A stretch of 64,000 bases of DNA from NCBI GenBank assembly GCA_012295275.1, contig CM022672.1:27218001-27282000 (forward strand). The letters run 5' to 3'. The translations under genes were made by a program, and so were the position numbers. Positions within the stretch are counted from its first letter, which is position 1; each line of letters begins with the position of its first letter. This document shows positions 29,119 to 43,739 of the stretch, piece after piece. The stretch is from Chrysomallon squamiferum (Eukaryota; Animalia; Mollusca). The notes under the pieces were generated by a model. That model was given only the letters and a program-made list of their open reading frames with translations, searched no databases and was not told the origin of the DNA.

Positions 29119-32100
29119 TAACTATTATTACTACTACTACTACCATAACTATTACTACTACTACTACTACTACTATTATTACAACAACAACTACTACTAC
29201 TACTGCTACTATTACCACTGCTACCACCACCATCGCCATCACCACCAACAGCACTATTAGTTTTATTATTACTTCTGCCATTACATCTCATGTCAGTATT
29301 ACAATAACAGCTATCATTAGGACTTTATATTTCCATTACAGGAACTCGAGTATCATCACCTTTTTGAAATGAGTCCTGACGTTGTTGCGAAAACTCATTA
29401 TTTTGTTTTATTAATTCTTTAGTTCTGCTCCTGGTTCTTTACCTTCTTCGCTGATCAAATAAACTGCTGGAATCTATGTTTAGCTTGTTTTATGGTTAAA
29501 TGGTTTTCACAGGCTTTCCTCATGACACTTAAAACGTGTATTACCTTTCTTAACTAAGTGACGATATCCAGACATAATTATAGCAAAATATACAAGTTAA
29601 TTTTAGTCGGCAGATGTCTGAAGTCAGAATTATGACAGAAACTGAAAGTACAAAACTCACACTGTGGAAACTGAAAAGAACAGCGTATGTTTACGTTGTT
29701 CTTAGTTCTGTTAGAGACTGTGAAAGAAATACCCTTAATGACCAAATAATAAATAAATAAATAACATATCATTCCAAGTTGATAAAAATTACACGTAATT
29801 AATAAATACTGATGAATTAATTTCGTCACGGCATAAATGTTTCATCTGATCTAAATGTCTTGTCCGTTTCATTCTGTGATCCGTGACGAATAGAAATATT
29901 AGAGAAACACCAGGAAAATGACCTGCTTGTTTATAACTGACCACTTGCCTGCTGCTTGACCCGAACCAGTAAGTATATGTATATATATACCTGAAGCCAT
30001 GACATTGTCACTTGTGTCATCAGCGTTATACGTAACAACAAACGTTAGCTCGAGTTGAAAAGGACAACATGGACGATCATGCAGAAAACCACGTTTGTCA
30101 AGTAATGAGAGAAAACAATTGTGATCACTTCTGAAAACAAACAAACAAACAATTCACAGGACAAAGAGAACAAAACAAACAAAAACAAAATAAAACAGGA
30201 TTATGAAAACAATCATCAACACTGAAGCAACAATGACATCATCGCCAACGGCGGTATTAATGTGAAAATAAAGATGAAAATGAAAATAGAGAAGTGAGCA
30301 AAAGCCTGTCCAGTTTGAAAGTGGTTTGATGACAGTAAGTGTTAACATTGTTTAATAATTGTTAAAACAGTTAAAGGGTAGATCCCAAATTTTGATTCTG
30401 TTTTAAATGAGGTTGAACTATTTGTTTTCTCTGTCATGGATTTTATTTTATTTTATTATTGTTATATATTTCTAACAAGGCATAATGACAACTTTGCAGT
30501 TTGATATTTCCTTAATATTAAAAGCTTATGTAACGAATCGGATAAACAGAACTACAGAATTTTAATGTCATACATTATAGAATTGACGTCTATAAAATTA
30601 ACTGAAAAGAAAGGGGTAAATAACAGTAATAATAATAAAATTTAAAAAAATTAAATAAAAAAAAGATTAAAACAAAACAAAAAAAATTCTGTTACTAATA
30701 AAAGAAATGCGAAATTAGATTATAAATGTAGCTTCTTTTCTTTTTTAGATGTGAAAATGACTGAAGCCGAAAGGCTATGAATTAACCTTTTAACAACATC
30801 AACAGTGAAACATACGTCATAAACCTAGTAACAAATAATGTTTTAAAAGACATTTGTCTCGGTCATCTTTTCTACAAGATTTTAACGACATCGACGGTAT
30901 AACGACATATTTAATTCAACGACTCGGCTACTTTGTAACGGTTTCCTGGGATACGAACAGCGTCCGGGCATTCATTTCCAGCCACCTTCAAAACGAACTC
31001 CGCGGCCGTGGCCAAAGAATGTGCATTAAGGATTCTCTTCAAATAATTACGATCTACTCAGAGACGCTTTACACGTTCAAGGTAGAAACCATCAAACATA
31101 ACGTTGCAATACGTTACGTCGATTACTTGACTGTCACGTTTATTTACCATACCTGTTCACGTTGTCAACAAATTTGTGATTTTGTGGCAATTTATGGACA
31201 TTAATTTGTCCTCTTTTTGAAATCGAGGCGTAAGTAAAATATCTAAGCGCGCTAATAAATGCAGTTTTATGTTTGTACGGTGACATTCAGCTCTCGTTAA
31301 AATGTAATATTTTTAACCGTTAATATTGTTAAATAACCTTATGCGGACACGATGGTGAAAATTATATATTCAACAGTGACGCCATGGTGATACAGTGTGT
31401 ACTGCAGTGTCATGTAAATTAAAAGAAAATACTGAATATGTATCGGTGTCTGTATGTGTTTGTGCATTACTGTGCTTTGTTTATTTCGAGTCTAGTGCTC
31501 TGTATTTTGACCGATGAATAGTTTTCAAGGTTCATCAAAAAGGGATTGCTAGTCACCGTATGACTGAGTGTTTGCTGTTTTACTTCGACTTTGTTGTTTT
31601 ATATTGTTTAAAGTTTAAAGGCGTGTCACTAAGCGTGCTCTCATTTCAGGGCTTTTTATAAACTGAAGATGAAATACTTCAATGAAGTAAAATAGTTATA
31701 GCTTCTGATTCCTATAAAAAAATATTTTCAAATTAATTCTGTTGAAATGAAATTAAAATTAAAACAAATCAGACAAAATAGCACAAATATGATAATAATA
31801 TTATATCATAAATATGTAATAAAATATATTTAAAAAAAAAAAAAAAAAAAAAAAAATCAAAAACATTTTATTTTAGATTATCTTCGTTCCGGCGTTCTGC
31901 ACGAGTTGTTGTAGAGAGTCGTGGGCAGTTTTAACAGTGCAAACTGCAGATGTTGTTTACAGACTCCCGAACAAAGACTTCTTTTAATTAGTAAAATAGT
32001 TACGTATTCATTTCGCTAAAGAGATACCACTCGAGATATTAGGATAACTTTTCACTGATTTGAGATGTCTCAGACTAAAAGGTTTGTTGCGCAGGTCAAA

Positions 32101-32805
32101 ACGATAGAGTTCAGGCTGAAGATAAATGAAGATATAGCGTTTAACTGGTTGAATCTGAATAACAAGCATGTATAAAATTCCAAAACAATCAGTATAAAAT
32201 ACGCCACCTCCCAATAAAAACAATAAAAAACCAAACCAAAGCAACTCACATACACATGTACAAAACAAGTCAAAACAGCAGCAACAGCAACGACAAAACA
32301 ACACAGAAGATTCAATAAAAGACAACAAAATTTAAACATGGTCATTTGTTCCCGGATTATCTCCCTTTGTTACAAGACCGTTTAGTTGGCTAAAACACAG
32401 TATCGGTCACATTTAGCGTCCACACATACAGGGCGATACACAGTGCGCTGAATCATGAAAATGATATGTCCATACGCGACATTTAACATGAAAGTTAAAT
32501 TGATCGTAACAGGGCGTATTACCTCTCACCACCTTTCAAGTGCGATGACAGGTAGATTAAGCTACCTGTGACTCTTAACTTTTATAGAAATCTTTGATAT
32601 GTGAGAAACATGGCTAAATATACGTTTGGTCAGCTTGAATGATTTTATTATATTTTTATTATGTGTTTCAGTGTAAACTGGACTAAATGTTTGTAATTTA
32701 TATTTCTGCAATTTCACTCTATCATATCTTCTTAGATTTACCATCTCTTCATGCATGGACGACTTTCATATGTATTATTTTTCTTGTGAGAAACATTTTG
32801 AAAAC

Positions 32806-32902
<97 letters not shown>

Positions 32903-34380
32903 ATGTGATCATTAATTCATGTTATTTACTGTTACAAATATGCAAATAATTAGTGAGATATGAAACAGGATGATACACGATAGTAAAACCAGTAACCATA
33001 CGTTCACTTATTTCTGTGTTAAATATTCAAGTACGCATTTATTGGACTCAAGCCAAAAACGTGGGTTATTTACTTACTAAGATTAACACTTGATAATAAT
33101 ATTTAGGTTTTATGTCTACATATGGATATCCTCCTACGACGAAAATTTGTACTCGGCGACATGAATATAATATGTTTACTACATATGCAGTGATCATGAA
33201 CTAAACTCTAGTTCAGATTTACTGACACAGGTAAAAGAAACATTTAAACCACCAAGCCTATGGCATAAAGTTACTAAGAGATTTTCTCGAAATTTCTCAA
33301 AGTGTTTACTGGGTTAAGGACGCAATACTCGTGCTTAATGACAGACAAACATGGCCGACAGAAATCATTTTTATGAATCATCTCAGATGTAACGTAATGG
33401 AGCGTAATTGTTAATTTATTTTTGAGTTGCGTTTCCAATTAACGCTGATCACTATATTTACTTGTTTGTTTGTTTGTGTGCTTGTTTATTTATTTATTTC
33501 ACTTTGAATCATATGCGCCATTTTCTTTCCATTAATATTTTAAATCTACCTTTTTTACTGGAACAGTGATAACAAAAATTGTTATTTTATATATTTCAGA
33601 GTTTTTTCTCTTTAGTTCAGCTTGAGTGATTTTTTATTGTAACGTTTATTTAAGCGTTTCTGAATTATTCAGTGCTTTTTAATACTGCATAAAATAATTA
33701 ACAAACTGCATCGATTCCTTTTTCCCAAGTCGGAAAATTATTAATGTAAATGTTTTTATTTGCGAAATTATTAGTAAATGCTTTTATATAATTTTGAAAT
33801 CTTGATATTAAAACTGCTGGAACAAACTTTCTATTATGTAATTATACTTAAATTAAATTTAAACGATATTTTCTTTTGTTGTAATTATCTCAGATATCGC
33901 GAAATAATTTATATATTAAGTTGTTGGAAGAAAAATTTATTTAAATTATTCGTTGTTTTGGGGTTTTTTTTAAACCTTAAGAAGAAAAATGTTATATAAA
34001 AGATGTTAAATATTTTCCTCAAAGTATTACGATTATCTTCGTAAATCAACGTTTTATTTACAAAATGACAAATGTTTTATGGAATATTATCATAACATGC
34101 GAATATATGCAATTATATAAAATAGAAAACAAACAATATTTGTCAGCACTAAAACGTTTTTTCACTGACAATTATAAAAGGCTTTAATTCTGGTAAAATC
34201 TGTGTATAAATTTTACATTCAAGTGCTAACAAATACAATGTTTAACAAACACAAACAGATGTTATACTGTATTGTGAATATTACTAATACAGGAGATTTC
34301 ACACAATAGAGCGATCAGTGACATTGTTTTATATTATAACAGAATGTGAATTAATTACGTACCGTATGTATGTATGTATG

Positions 34381-34414
<34 letters not shown>

Positions 34415-34459
34415 CGTATGTATGTATATAAAATAATATATGTAATGCATCGTAAATGC

Positions 34460-34498
<39 letters not shown>

Positions 34499-34966
34499 GG
34501 TGTGTGTGTGTATATAAATATGAAAATAAATATCTGAGTGCGCGCGTACGTAAGTATGAATACGAATATTTCATTCTCTAACGTGTATTTCTAATAACGA
34601 CACCTGTTAACGATAAAGTGTTTTTGGAAATGATGAATTCTGAAATCTATAAAATTCTGGTTTAAGTACAAACACGGCATTATGTCGAACGTTCTATGTC
34701 TGGAGCATGTTTCAGTACACGGGAGCTGCAAATAACCTCCACTGTCACGCGGACATCACTGGACCTGGCATGTTTAGCGGAACATAACTGCATTATCAGT
34801 TCAAACATGTCGTCTGCTTGTTGATGTGGGGTCAGCTTGTTCATCATGTCATCTGTACCCTGTGTCACATTGTCAATATTTGTACTTTATTAGTTTCATT
34901 AACACGTGAAGTTCAAATGACCCTCTCTTCTGTATCTCTGTTTTATTTATTATACGGGATGGGGGG

Positions 34967-35013
<47 letters not shown>

Positions 35014-36092
35014 AAAGAAAAGAATGTCACATATCTAGATGTAAAAAAATAAAATAAATGAAAATAAATGAGAAAGCGAGAAGGCATATATCTATATATA
35101 TAATTTTTATCTTTGTTCCTCCATCCCTCTTTCTGTCGGTCTATCCATCTGTCCATTTATTTGTTTGTTTATTTAATGTGTTTTACTCGTTTGCCTGTCT
35201 TTCCACCTGTTAGTTCGGATTCTGGATCACATTATTCTCTCTATGCAATATGTGTTAATTTATATACAGAATTCTTTTATATTTGAGAATTGGTTATATG
35301 AATACATTCACCCACGGCAGATTTTTCAAACGCTATAGTACATAATTTCCAATCTTACGATTATCGTAAAAGAGAACTTCCTGCAACAAACGACAGCAGC
35401 TTGTCTCCTCCGTCGATTTTTATTACGTAAACACTGTATATTTTACACCTGTTAACCGTAAATAATAAACTATGTTGTTGCATTGTCACACAATTATTCC
35501 TTCCTTCCTTTTTTCATTCGTTCACAACTCTTAAAACACAACTTCAGAAGTCCTTTACGTCCATCCTTCTCTCTTTCACGCTTCCACACACAAACATACG
35601 CTCGCGGACGCACGCACGTACTCCATACGTTGTTTACTATTTAGTGCATGGAAGCCAAATTCATCTAGCCACTGCATAAATTACAATATTTACCTTGGGG
35701 AGGTGAGAAAAAGCACTGATGCTGTTAACATCAATTTTATTATTTTTTTTTTTATTTTTTCATGTTACACTTAACTTGCGGGCATAACTCAGCATACCAG
35801 AGATACAATCAGAGCTGTCAATTACGTGCCAGACTTTCTGTAATGTAAAAACTCCAATGGACATCTCCCACGTCACCCATGGCGTTTTATGATTGTTATG
35901 AAAGATAAAACACACACAAACAATTCCAGCTATTTTAGGTCACCGGGTACGACACTTCACTGTATACAAGTATTGTTTTTGTTATTTATTTATTTATTTA
36001 TTTATTCATTCATTCATTCTTATTATTTTTGTTGCTGCAGTTGAAATTACTTCGTGGCGTAGACCACATTTCTAAATTAGACCAAATGTTAA

Positions 36093-36165
36093 GGCTAAGT
36101 ATAGCTCACTGTTATGGTGGTCGCGTCTGACACAAAAGATACTAGGATCGAACCGTATCATCGTC
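36093..36165 (+). mobile_element. Degenerate tRNA-like/SINE head
   Basis: A-box-like TAGCTCACTG (36102-36111) and B-box-like GGATCGAACC (36145-36154) at tRNA spacing; no intact cloverleaf. Confidence 0.3.
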
Positions 36166-36821
36166 AACAGACTTATGTGTTAGTGCAATATTTTACGCTC
36201 CTTGTTTACTTTTTAAAATATATATATTAAACAAAAATCGCCTCCGGCGAGGAAATAATTTTATTTCCATCCACCTCTACGATTACATTAAACAAATGAA
36301 TACCTTTCATAACACCTGGTCATCGTCTGGTATTGAAAAAAATATTGTTTGCTACTTATAGCAACAAATTAATTTTTCATCAGGAAAAGGTATTTTTGAT
36401 ACACTAAAAATAAGGCACTGGGTGGGAATAGGCACTAATAAGAAAACAATACGTCTTCATTCACTCTGTTCTTTGTAAATTAAGACAGCGGATTAATCAT
36501 TGTACTTATCTTTTATTGCCGTGTGTCCAAGCTTTATCGTTTTGTCGTTAAGGCACCCCCGGCTTCTTTGTCAGATCTGAATTACAACTAATGTACTTGG
36601 TCAACCTCATATCGCTTGACCCATGTCCTGTCCTTGTTCCCTGGCCGTGTTATCTGTCAGACATCTAGAACGTCATTTGTCATTCCTCTTTGTCTTTCGA
36701 CTTCTTGCTAAAACAGACGAGAAAGATAATCATTTATGCCTGACTTCGTTTGATGTAAACAGATTGTCTTTAAAGTTCTGTATACATGCAAGCGACTGTT
36801 TATGTGCTGTCTGCAACCATC

Positions 36822-37050
36822 CTTTGCTAATAATAAAGCATTCCAGTATTACGACAAACTTGATGAGAAACTCACAAAATCTGGTTTAGGCTGTGAATAT
36901 TAATTTATTTTAATTAAGAAACTGTATATTAATGTAAACAATTGTTTTATATGTTAATGCACCTAACTTTTGCAAATAATAAAGCATTTCAGTAGTAAAC
37001 AAACTGGACGAAAAATACAACAAATGAATTTAGACTATGCACATTAACGT
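36822..37050. repeat. Diverged local tandem duplication (period about 146 bp)
   Basis: TTTGCTAATAATAAAGCATTCCAGTA..ACAAACTTGATGA recurs as TTTGCAAATAATAAAGCATTTCAGTA..ACAAACTGGACGA. Confidence 0.7.
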
Positions 37051-39480
37051 ATTTCAGTTAGGAAATTCAGGTTTGCACAAACCAAACAAGTGGTTTTGTG
37101 AGTGGGATTTTGTTGTTTACGTAAAAGAGATGAGTCATGAAAAAATTATTCTAGCTTGTCACATTTACATAAACTTGTTGATAAGTAGAGTCTCCATACC
37201 GCATACAGTGAATAGAAATTGCTAAGAGTGTTTGTAAGAATGTGTGTATGTGAAAAAACACGTCTAGCTATAACAGTTCGTTTGAAAACCTGTTTGACAG
37301 CGTGGTATGCTTATTCGACTAAATAGTGATGATGGAGAAAAAATTTTTATATATATATAAATTATATATATAATTTTTTTTTTTAAATATATAGAAAGAT
37401 CAAATAGTTAAGACGAAAAGAAACGATGACGACGGTAACTATGATGAATGAGGCGGCCACTGCAACGACGACTGCGTGTGAGAAAATAATGAAGATGAAA
37501 ATACACATTTCTACAGAACAAACCATGTACCAGTTGTATGACTACCGGCGAAACCAAATTAGTTTAATGGACTGACTTAAATTATACAGCATATATATAT
37601 ACATATAAAACAATGTTGTCACTGAATTTCGAGCATTAACATTGTGAGAGTAGATGTTCATTTAAAAAGAAAATTCCTTTTTTTTTTTTTTTTTTTAATG
37701 TTCTTTTAATTTTCAATGTTACCTTTGAATTATGCAGCCATTAATATCTTTAAATTAAAATACTACTACTACTACTACTGCTACTACTACTACTACTACT
37801 ACTACTAATAATAATAATAATAATAAATAAATAAATAAATAAATAAATGTAAAAAAATGGATAGAATTCTTGGGCAAATACAAGTATCAGATATTAACCA
37901 GGGTCGGGATACATTTAATATTTCTTTCATGGTGTAATTAATAATAATATCATCCACACTAAAGGTGTCATTTTTAAAAACATAACTGAATTTATTAATA
38001 TAGAAAAATGTCTGTCTGTAATCTTTCAGTTATTATAATGGCTGGATAATAAAGCTAACAAATCATTAGGTTGAAATCGTAATTCTTCATAAAATTAAAT
38101 ATATATTACAATTTATTTTTATTTAATTAATTTTTTTTTTTTTTTTTATTATTATTATTTTTTTTAGCCAGTTCAGCTTTAGTTAAATTTAAAATCTGCT
38201 CTGCGGTGTAAAAAATAATACTTGCAGTTTTTACGTAAACAGGATGCATTAAATGTAATGAAAAATGAATTTGGGTGGTGAAGTGTTTTATATTTTATTG
38301 AATTATTTCCTTATTACTTTGATTAAAATTATATTATTTTATTTACTCTTAAATTTTATTGTTAATGTCCTTTAATTTTCACGCATGCATATTATGTGCC
38401 AACGACATATATGTATATGTGTGTGTGTGTGTGTCTGTATATATGTGTGTGTGTGTGTGTGTAAAAGAATGTACACATATGGGAATGTACACATATGTAT
38501 AACAAATGTAATAGGCTTAAAGCGAACTTAAATGACATAGGCGATATAACGTCATTGCTCCGTACATACAACTGCGCCAGGTAAGCAGCTATTACAATGA
38601 AAAACAAATAATGAAAAACCTTTTCAAAAATATTAAAAAAAGCGTTAAAAAAAAACATGCCAGGGGTTTCGAATAATCCCCCAAAAATATTAAAAATTAA
38701 AAAAAAAATGTAATAATCATAAAATTCAATTCAATTCAATAATAATAAGAAGAAGACAGATACGTTTAATCTGATTCGCTTCAGATAGTATTCATATGTC
38801 TACGTTTTACGTGTGTTAAGAAGAATAACGTCAAGCTATGCAAATACCAGTATGGGGTCCGACTTCGAACGTGTACACAAGCGAACGCTTGTTACTGCCA
38901 AGGTCGTCTTTATGATACATAAATGTCTGCATATATTACCATATATGGATATAGTAAGATAGATATAAATTAGTGTCGATTTCAACCACACCTCAATAGT
39001 AGCGCTTGTACCATCTCTATTCAAACGCTTCTGAATAATATAGGCATTTAAAGGAGAAGCTATTCTTAAGAAAATATGTCTATGCCAAAATACTATTAAT
39101 TACTATAGATGATTCATTCACACATAAAAAAAAAATAAAAAAAAAAAAAATTGATTCACTGATATACGATGATTCAGCTTATTGCTTTCCCGGTGACATT
39201 TTGATGTCATGTGAATAATAATAACTGTGGTGGGTTGTGGATTTGCGGTGATACGAAAACCAACATTTACGAACAACGACTTTCCGAGAGTAAATCGTTT
39301 TCTCTAATTTCATTGGCTACTCGTATTGATCTTTTGGAGTGCACCTTTTTCTAGACAGGAAAACACATTGCATAACCTTTGATCAGTTCGTGAACTTGAA
39401 TTTGATTATTGTTATTATTTGTCCATTGAAGTAAATCGGCTGTTCGACATTTCATACCAGAAGAGCTATTTTCAGTCGTT

Positions 39481-39526
<46 letters not shown>

Positions 39527-40930
39527 TAATAATAAAAAACAGTAAATAGCCTTTATGATATATACTCTTTGTAACACCTAGAATTGCTGGAAAACTCAGT
39601 TGGACAAAATAAATCCTTGGATTAACATAATTATGTGGCGTTAACACAACGCTTGTACAATATGAAGGCAATAAATTCGTAATTTGTGTTTGGTGTCTGC
39701 GGGTTAAATGACACGTCAGTAATCGTATGAATGGAAAATACCGGCACTTTTTCACACAAGTTTAAAATAGTGTGGGAATGGTGCAGTATTTGCAGTAATA
39801 TACTGTGTGCCGACTTGTTCTGTCCCAGATCAATTTAACTCAGTTAGTTTTATTTAGATTAAAATTAAATTATTTTGGATCAGTTCAGTTATATGTTATT
39901 TCGTTTCGTTGTCATATTAATTTTGTAAAAGTGATATGAAATAAAAATAATTTATGTTATTTTATTCAAATGACACGTCGGTGCGTAGATATTATTGGTT
40001 ATTAGATGTCACTAGCAAGTGCTGTCAGTTAGCACATGAAAATTACAAAAGACAAGGAAGCGTATAGCAGCTAGAATTGTGGGTTTCTGACTTGAGAGGC
40101 GAAAAAGAACAAGAAAATGACAGTGATAATAATGTCATTTAAAACATATAAAAACAAACAGACAAACAAACAAAACAAAACAAACGAACATACAAAAAAA
40201 GACGAAAGCATTCAAACAAAAAAGAAACAAACACAAAAAAAAAAAAAGACGAACAAACGAACAAAAAAATAAAAGAATACACATATACAAATACACAAAC
40301 AAACAAACAAACAAATAAATAAATAAATAAAAATTAGAAATATTTTCGGTAGAACACTAAAAACAAACAAATAAACAAGAACAATAAAATAATAATAATT
40401 TTAAAAAATTATTTCTACTTTTGTGGTTTAATATTATAGCTTTGTTTTGTTGTACATAAAGAGTTAAGAATAGTGCTATGATTATAAGCTGCACATAGAT
40501 TAATGCTGGCATTGTAAGTTCATTCTGTTCACATAGATTAATGCTTGCAGTAAACCACATTCAGGGATTTCGTGAAATAACAGGAACATCATTCCAGTAA
40601 TTATGTGAAATCACTTAGAGATTTTAGTTATTTCATGAGATCAGCAAGTGCAAAACTGATTTCACAAATTCCCTGAAAGATTTTTGTATTTAGCGAAACC
40701 CTAGTTTCACAATTTTACAGTAACATTTGTATATGTATAAGTATATCTCTAACTCTATCTATATCTACATCTAACAATCAGTCAGTCAGTCTATCTGTCT
40801 CTCTGCCTGTCTGTCTATCTATCTATCTGTTTATCTATGAACCTATCTATCTATCCATCTGTCTATATATCAGTAGCAGTCTGATTGTTTTTAATACTTG
40901 GTTTAATTGGTATTGTGTGAATATTTGTAT

Positions 40931-40989
<59 letters not shown>

Positions 40990-41944
40990 TCATCATCTGT
41001 GAGTGTGTATGTAAAAAGTAACAGATAAAACATAAACAAAAATACAACGAACAGGTCAGTAGAGACTAGATCAGTTGGTGTAGAAATGTTATATAGCTGA
41101 GGAGAAGAAATCATTCCTAGCACATTCTAATCAATTCAGCTGCAAGATCTCTTCTCTCCTGGGTCCTGATAAACTTGATAACAGAGTTTAATACAGTGTG
41201 TGTCACATAGACGACAGTGTGTCACTTCAGTGTGTCTAGACGACACATATCTAATGACTATTAGATCAAGATGTGAAAAATAGAATTATTATAACTCAGG
41301 AATCCTGCTGTGGCATTGCTGCAGATTATTATTCCATACAATGTGAGAGTTTAATACACACACAGACACACACACATACACCCCCCCCACACACACACAC
41401 ACACTTATTCTATAAACAGGAAAATAGAATGCACTTCTTTTGAATGAAAGATATTAGCAATGAAACTGTCTCAACTCTTCTAAGCCAATAATATGCAGAT
41501 AGATTTTTCACATAACTATTAATGAAAATAATTATATTCTGCTGTGTATGAAAGGACATAGTTTTCTTTTAACTTTCTGTGTTAATATGTATTAAAATGC
41601 TAAATACTGATTAAAAAAATTAAATGCATGCTACTGCTGTTACTAGCTATATAATACAGTGTCACATATATGGGTTTTATTTATTTATCACAGTACAAAT
41701 AAATTTTAATTAAATAGAACAGCTGGAGAAATACATTATGGTCTCCACCATAACGCATTTCGGATAGGAATTTTCGAGACTGCTTCCGCTATTATAGGAA
41801 TTACTGTGAATAATTATATATATATTATAGACAGATGGATTGATAGATATATAGGTACAGAGGAATATATAGAAGCATACGTATGTACATACCATACATA
41901 CATACATACATGCAAAGTTAATACATACATGGATACATACATAC

Positions 41945-41992
<48 letters not shown>

Positions 41993-42578
41993 TTACTTAC
42001 TTACTTACTTACTTACTTACTAACTTACTTACTTACATACATACATACATGCACAACAAAACTGAATTATATCAGTAAACAATACTTGACAGGAGACTGG
42101 GTATCAGTGATAGGTCTGGACACGTGACCAATGGACGTGGTATAGTAACTGCCAAACGACAATGTTTCAAGGAAAACGTTATATATATCTGAAACTCAAG
42201 GATTAGTGGGTAGGGGTTTCAAAAAGTATTTTCTTTTTACGTTTAATTTTTTTTTTTTTTTTTTTTTTTTTTATTCTGACCTGTTTACAAAATATCTAGA
42301 ATGTCGTGAATGTGAAGCATATCACTGAATTAAAATGTTAACCTTGACGTCTGCAGTCTCATACATGCAGTTTGTAGTTATGCAGGTTTGTCTGCTCTGT
42401 ATGCTCACCTCGCAGCTGTTGCTGTGAATAATTGTAATCTGCTTGTGAGACTGTCACTTATAATCGTTGTTTATTTATTTACTTTTTACCCCCCTAATTT
42501 AATTCATTTAATTAAAATTAAAATTCAAGCACGGTTTAATAATGTATATATATGTAGGTGTTTTTAATTTTAGTGGGG

Positions 42579-42620
<42 letters not shown>

Positions 42621-42868
42621 AAAAAAAAACCCAAGAATGAATTATAGCACTGACCTGCTGTGTAATTTATTATATTTTTATTCGTACAGGATTTGGTTGA
42701 ATGGAACACTGGCACATAAGCAAGGATAAACAACACACACACAGAGATACACTCTTAAATGACTAATCACCACTTTTGAAACTTTATGGTATGTATACGC
42801 CCACATTCATTGCATGACTTTTATATAACCAAGAATTTAACTTTCACTGATTCTTAAACAATTCAGTA

Positions 42869-42872
<4 letters not shown>

Positions 42873-42927
<55 letters not shown>
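42873..42927. repeat. (TA)n microsatellite
   Basis: Read directly. Confidence 0.97.
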
Positions 42928-42930
<3 letters not shown>

Positions 42931-43270
42931 AAAACTTCATGCGCTAACTGTGGGAAAACTAAATTTGTATTACCTGCTCTTCAGATATTCATCTGAAAGG
43001 TCAAGGTTAGATTTAAGTTACTTTTGTGTAAAAACCTACGGTGTACATTATCAGGTACGAAACACTGCACCTATTGTGACGTCACGCAGTTAACAATGGC
43101 AGACACATTTATCCCGACAGGTTACTCTCTTTTTTATAGATGTGTGCAATAGTAAACTCCAGGTCGGCAACTATCATTTAAATCACACCGAGAATGAAAA
43201 AAAATCCGAGCTGGATGCAAATGAGTTCTCACAGTTGTAGGGCACAAAGAACTTTTTATTTCCTTTTTTT

Positions 43271-43316
<46 letters not shown>

Positions 43317-43645
43317 CTTCTTTTGAAATTTACATGTACTTTCTTTCGTGCGGGTGTAATAAAAAATAGCAATGAATATTACAAAGGTCGTTATTCCACC
43401 ATTCACGGTTTTTTGTTCACGTTATTAGCCGCACTGTGGATAATGGTAGCGGCTCGAATTGGCTTTTGGTTGGAGATCATTACAGAACTCTTTGTAATGC
43501 AAATTTTTCAGTGAACAGTTTCAAAATCAGTTCTGTTAATCATTTTCTGTGGATGAACCTATTGATCTTTTTCCTTAATAAGTTATCTCGATGTAGATTG
43601 TGGACTTTTTGTAACAGGAACATATTGGGGATATGAGGAATGAAG

Positions 43646-43739
<94 letters not shown>

